NCBI GenBank assembly: GCA_037381445.1
Contig: JARRQT010000026.1
Location: forward strand, 1-18,691
DNA length: 18,691 nucleotides
DNA from: Calditrichia bacterium
Lineage (GTDB): Bacteria; Calditrichota; Calditrichia; RBG-13-44-9
Direction: 5' to 3'
Shown: positions 14,791 through 18,691 of the stretch, piece by piece
Layout of the letters: each line of letters begins with the position of its first letter
How positions within the stretch are numbered: position 1 is the first letter of the stretch
The notes under the pieces: generated by a model
The model's input: the letters and a program-made list of their open reading frames with translations, nothing else
What the model was told of the DNA's origin: nothing
The model's database searches: none
Translations under genes and position numbers: made by a program

Positions 14791-15597
14791 ATGAAGTGGG
14801 GAATCACCTGTTTTTTTGAGGATAGAAAAGAATTCGCGGCTATTAGTGATCTGGCGCCCCGTTATCCCATTGAATATATCGAGATGCGCGGGGAGCGGCC
14901 GTTTTTCTCTCCGGAAGATCTGACACCCTCCGACCTGAAATTCTTTAAAGATATTATTGAAAAATCCGGGTTGAAAGTGACCGTGCATGCTACCTTTTAC
15001 GACATAAATCTGGCGACCATCAATTCGTATCTGCGGAAAGCCAACATGGAATGCTACCGGAAATTTCTAGATCTTTCGGGGGAATTGGGGGCGGAGGTCA
15101 TGGTCGTGCATGCAGGATACCTGCATCGTGATGCCAGCGGAATTCCGGCGCTTTTGGATAATGCTAAAAACAACCTGGTTGAAAACCTGAAAATTTTGGG
15201 TGATTATGGATTGAAGAAGAATGTCAAAATCGGACTGGAAAATTCTCCGCCAAACCGCAATACGCTAATGATAGCTGATTGGAATAACCATCTTGAAATT
15301 CTCGGAAGAGTAAATCATCCCAATGTGGGGGCCCTGTTGGACACGGCTCATGCCTATCTTCACGGGCTGGATTTGAATGCCTATTATCAAAAGATCCGCC
15401 CCCATTTGGTGGAAATTCATGCCCACAATAACAACGGTAAAGAGGACGAACATTTGGGGATGAATCGGGGAACCATCGATTATGTAACCTTTTTTAAAGA
15501 AAATCAGATATCTGTACCGGTCATTATGGAAATAAGGAATTTTGTGGAGGCCGCGGAGAGCATGGAATGGATCAGGCAATTTGAGGAAGTTCCATGA
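14791..15597 (+). CDS. Xylose-isomerase-like TIM-barrel protein (sugar phosphate isomerase/epimerase, AP-endonuclease-2 family)
   Basis: Metal-ligand pattern VHA, VVHAG, LEN, LDTAH, IHAHNN, DEHL, MEI. Confidence 0.85.
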   Translation: MKWGITCFFEDRKEFAAISDLAPRYPIEYIEMRGERPFFSPEDLTPSDLKFFKDIIEKSGLKVTVHATFYDINLATINSYLRKANMECYRKFLDLSGELGAEVMVVHAGYLHRDASGIPALLDNAKNNLVENLKILGDYGLKKNVKIGLENSPPNRNTLMIADWNNHLEILGRVNHPNVGALLDTAHAYLHGLDLNAYYQKIRPHLVEIHAHNNNGKEDEHLGMNRGTIDYVTFFKENQISVPVIMEIRNFVEAAESMEWIRQFEEVP

Positions 15598-16259
15598 TTT
15601 TCGCCGGACTTGATCCTTCCGCCAAGCCCGAAAATGTTTCAGGCCTCTGTTTAATGGATGCCGATAAAAATATTCTGGAATTACGAAAATGGCACGCCCG
15701 GGAAGAACTGCTGCGGCTCCTTTTGCCATATCAAAAAGAAATCCGGTGGGTTGGAATCGACGGACCCTTGCAGCCTCCCCATGAGCTGCATCCATGCTGT
15801 TTCGAGGAGAATTCGAGGGACTGCCCCCATGAACAAACCACTCCGTTCAAAGGCCGCTATTGCGAGTTTCTGCTGAATAAAAACGGGTTTCGCTGTTTTA
15901 CCACATCCAAAAACAGTTTTGCGAAAAGCTGGGCCCTCCGCTGCTTTAAATTAAATGAGTTCCTCACTGCGGAAGGATACAGGACGGCGGAGGTTTTTCC
16001 CCATGCCTCACGCAGGATTTTGTTTCCGGATCTGGTTGGGAAAAAACAAACCTCACAAAACCGAAAAATGCTCCGGCAAAAATTAAAAAAAGAGGGGCTA
16101 AAATTTCCGCAAAAAGAGCAGAACTATACCCATGATGAACTGGACGCGGTGATGGCCGCCTATACTATCTTCCTGAAAGAAAAAGGGCAGACCATAGCGC
16201 TGGGGGATTGGCGCGATGGATTCGTTGTCATTCCCCGGACCGATCTGAAATATTTCTGA
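15594..16259 (+). CDS. DUF429 family protein (predicted RNase H-like nuclease)
   Basis: AGLD, VGIDGPL, R..E, EVFPH, HDELDAVMAA and G...DG.VVIP motifs; ATGA overlap with the upstream gene. Confidence 0.8.
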   Translation: MIFAGLDPSAKPENVSGLCLMDADKNILELRKWHAREELLRLLLPYQKEIRWVGIDGPLQPPHELHPCCFEENSRDCPHEQTTPFKGRYCEFLLNKNGFRCFTTSKNSFAKSWALRCFKLNEFLTAEGYRTAEVFPHASRRILFPDLVGKKQTSQNRKMLRQKLKKEGLKFPQKEQNYTHDELDAVMAAYTIFLKEKGQTIALGDWRDGFVVIPRTDLKYF

Positions 16260-16293
16260 ATTCTATTAGAATTATTATTCAAAATATCTCAAG

Positions 16294-16326
16294 TTGACAT
16301 TCATTTGCCAATATTTTAAATTGACA
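16294..16326 (+). promoter_or_regulatory. Putative sigma70-type promoter(s) for the LpoA-like gene
   Basis: Two perfect TTGACA hexamers at 16294 and 16321. The first has TAAATT (4/6 match to TATAAT) at 17-nt spacing. Confidence 0.45.
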
Positions 16327-16369
16327 GCCTGAATATGTTTAAATGTAAGGAAACGCGGAGGATTTGTTC

Positions 16370-18217
16370 TTGAAAATGAAAATGATTTTGCTGAGCCTGG
16401 TTTTTATGTTGATTACCGGTCAGATGATTTTGGCTCAGAATTCTGACTCTCTTATTTTCCGGAAAGGTATAAATTTCTATAAGCAGGACAAATATCTGGA
16501 TGCTCAAAAAACCTTCCTCCAACTCCTTAAAAAAAGTCCTGATTCGCGCTTCATTACCGCTACAAAATTAATGCTCGCCAAGTCATATTATAAACTTGAT
16601 GATTATAAGCTGGCAACAATTGTGTGCGATAATTTTGTTCAGTTGTATGACAACAGCTCCTATCTGGATGATATACATTTTCTGAAAGGTGAAATCTTTT
16701 TTAAACAGAAGAATTATCCCGATGCGGTAAATCAGTGGATGTGGATCATCAATAATAAAAGCGATGCGAGACTGAGAGACAAGGCGGGTGTTTATGTTTT
16801 TAACACCATCCGCGCTTATATGAGCGATAGTGAAATCTCCCGCCTGAACCGCGAATACTCTGATGATACGTTTAACGGTATCATCGAAATCATTCAGGCT
16901 CAGCGCCTGATGGAGGCCGGACACCAGCAGGAAGGACTGCAAAGGCTGCAAAATTTTATTCAAAAGAATCCCTATAATTTATATGCCGATATGGCCCGAG
17001 ATCTGATCGCTTCTAACTCCGGCGCCAACGTGAGCGGAAACAGCCTGCTGATTCTGAAATCTACCCAGCCTGCTTCCAAAAGCGTGAGTGATGCCATTGC
17101 GCAGGGGTTCTATTATGCGGCATATGAAATGGCTTCGCGAAATCCTGAGAAGGCGGTGCGGATAGATACATTGGCATTATCATCGGATGTTTTGTCTACC
17201 TTGCAGAATACGATGCCGGTCCTCAAGCGAAAACAACCGTTGGCCGTGCTGGGCCCGTTGGACAACGACGAAAACGCGACGCTGGCTTTGCTTTCCCGTT
17301 ATGAATATTTCCCCTTCATATCTCCGGTGAGTTCCGAAAACGGCCTGGCGGCGGTTAGCCCGTATGCTTTCCAGATCAATCCGGATGCAGAAATAAAAGG
17401 GGAATTCCTGGCCGAACACGCTGTTAAGGAGCTGGGACTGAAGACCTTTGCGATTCTGGCGCCCGCGGATGCGTATGGTCAGTCCATTGCCAATAGTTTT
17501 GAGAATACAGTGATCAGCAATGGCGGAGAAGTTGTTGAAAAACAGTGGTATTACGAAGATACCCAGGATTTCTCGCGACAGTTTAAGGCGATTAGAAATA
17601 AAGGGTTTTATATTACGTACCGCGATTCAGTTCGTGCGGCGGATTCCACGCTTTCTGATTCGACAATACTAGCGCAGTTTAAGGAATACCGCACCGAAAA
17701 GCTTTTTGCGGATGATAATGGCAGGGGTGACATCGACTCTACACAGGTGCCTTCCACGGGAATTGATGCGCTTTTTATTGCCACCTATCCCGAGTATATA
17801 CCGTACATCGCGCCGCAGTTTGCATTTCACAATATCGAATGCACTCTGCTGGGCAATGAAGGTTGGAACGATCCTGATCAGTTGATGCAGCAGCGGGTTT
17901 ATCTAAATGGTCTCATTTATGAAACCGCGGGATTTTATGATCCCGGTTCCTGGAATTATAAAGAATTTGAAAGCCGCTTTCGCAAGCAAATGCATGTAAC
18001 GCCTGATATGTATCATTTACTCGGCTATGATATTGGCAAATGGATGATTTCCCACTATCAGCCGGGCATGAGTCGCCAGGCATTTCGTGACAGCCTCGAA
18101 AGTGGTCAGACTTACCAGGGCATTCTGGAAAATATCAGTTTTGACAGCAAACCGCGGGTTAATGCCCGTCTGAATATTATCAAATTTTACATGGGCCAGC
18201 TCATGAAACTGGAATAG
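16370..18217 (+). CDS. Exported TPR + type 1 periplasmic-binding-fold protein (LpoA/LppC-like)
   Basis: Signal peptide, BamD-like TPR repeats, then AVLGPL, PFISP, FAILAPADAYG, DALFI, LLGNEGW, LGYD motifs. The start is uncertain (TTG 16364, TTG 16370 or ATG 16376); 16370 fits SD GGAGG best. Confidence 0.75.
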   Translation: MKMKMILLSLVFMLITGQMILAQNSDSLIFRKGINFYKQDKYLDAQKTFLQLLKKSPDSRFITATKLMLAKSYYKLDDYKLATIVCDNFVQLYDNSSYLDDIHFLKGEIFFKQKNYPDAVNQWMWIINNKSDARLRDKAGVYVFNTIRAYMSDSEISRLNREYSDDTFNGIIEIIQAQRLMEAGHQQEGLQRLQNFIQKNPYNLYADMARDLIASNSGANVSGNSLLILKSTQPASKSVSDAIAQGFYYAAYEMASRNPEKAVRIDTLALSSDVLSTLQNTMPVLKRKQPLAVLGPLDNDENATLALLSRYEYFPFISPVSSENGLAAVSPYAFQINPDAEIKGEFLAEHAVKELGLKTFAILAPADAYGQSIANSFENTVISNGGEVVEKQWYYEDTQDFSRQFKAIRNKGFYITYRDSVRAADSTLSDSTILAQFKEYRTEKLFADDNGRGDIDSTQVPSTGIDALFIATYPEYIPYIAPQFAFHNIECTLLGNEGWNDPDQLMQQRVYLNGLIYETAGFYDPGSWNYKEFESRFRKQMHVTPDMYHLLGYDIGKWMISHYQPGMSRQAFRDSLESGQTYQGILENISFDSKPRVNARLNIIKFYMGQLMKLE

Positions 18218-18575
18218 ACGGCCTGTGTGTTTACTGATTTTGACTGTGATTCAGGAATGGTCTGTGAGGAAAGCGGGCATTTTTTGTTTTTTACGCCTGG
18301 TTTAATTTCCAAGAATTATGGCAGTGGAAAAATGCTCGGCAAGTTCTGTTGAGGAATGTTTCATTATTTCAATTTAATTATAAGACAATATAAAATATCA
18401 TGGTGTCCATTAAAAGAAAGTGATCCGGAACCCAATGCTTGCGCTGGTGCGGAATTGAATGAGGGGAGTGCCACAATTCTTCAGTCTTTAATTATGCTGT
18501 TAGTATATTTTTGTGGCTATCCTGTAAGAGTGTGATATCAGGGCTGGAAATTTTTCTTTATAATGGAAAAAGCAT

Positions 18576-18691
18576 ATGGAATTAATTATGGAGTTTTTTA
18601 AAAATTCACTTTCAAAATTACGCAAAAATGACCCCCAATTCATGATGCCCCGCACCGTCAAGGCATTTCTGGAAGGGCTGCCCTGGAACAC
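18576..18691 (+). CDS. Possible 5' end of a CDS running off the right edge (MELIMEFFKNSLSKLRKNDPQFMMPRTVKAFLEGLPWN...)
   Basis: Open frame from ATG 18576/18588 to the window end, with GC content rising to coding-like levels. No family recognised. Confidence 0.45.
   Translation, partial: MELIMEFFKNSLSKLRKNDPQFMMPRTVKAFLEGLPWN

Noticed and set aside
338..17419. Numerous minus-strand and alternate-frame ORFs (e.g. 9325-10002, 12009-12596, 8350-8880, 15265-15795, 13189-13695)
   Set aside because: They overlap well-supported + strand genes and show no recognisable motifs, consistent with antisense or frame shadows.
18218..18575. Riboswitch or ncRNA in the last intergenic region
   Set aside because: Only short inverted repeats (e.g. 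GAATTG/CAATTC) were found, with no recognisable aptamer consensus.
18500..18691. 63-aa minus-strand ORF at the right edge
   Set aside because: More likely the antisense shadow of the + strand ORF starting at 18576/18588.

Overview
All supported genes lie on the + strand of a bacterial chromosome segment. The host is plausibly Calditrichota or another FCB-related lineage, but that is inferred from protein style and not proven. The core (about 1.45-12.9 kb) is a compact, apparently single-operon type IV filament/pilus system. Its order is: sigma54-like promoter, major pilin-like gene, attenuator-like hairpin, PilC platform, PilB ATPase with an MshEN-like motif, three minor-pilin-like genes, PilT-like ATPase, PilM-PilN fusion, PilO-PilP-like fusion, and a short secretin. 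Nearly every part departs from the canonical form. No pilin has a standard class III signal (the major pilin starts MGQQQLLL, with no basic leader, no Phe+1 and no Glu+5). There is no prepilin peptidase in the locus, the PilC N-terminal module is duplicated, and the PilT Asp box is altered. This is the best candidate for a poorly described system. Flanking genes are uppP upstream and, downstream, aspA, a TIM-barrel/DUF429 pair and an LpoA-like TPR plus periplasmic-binding-fold protein. I found no rRNA, tRNA, CRISPR array or mobile element.
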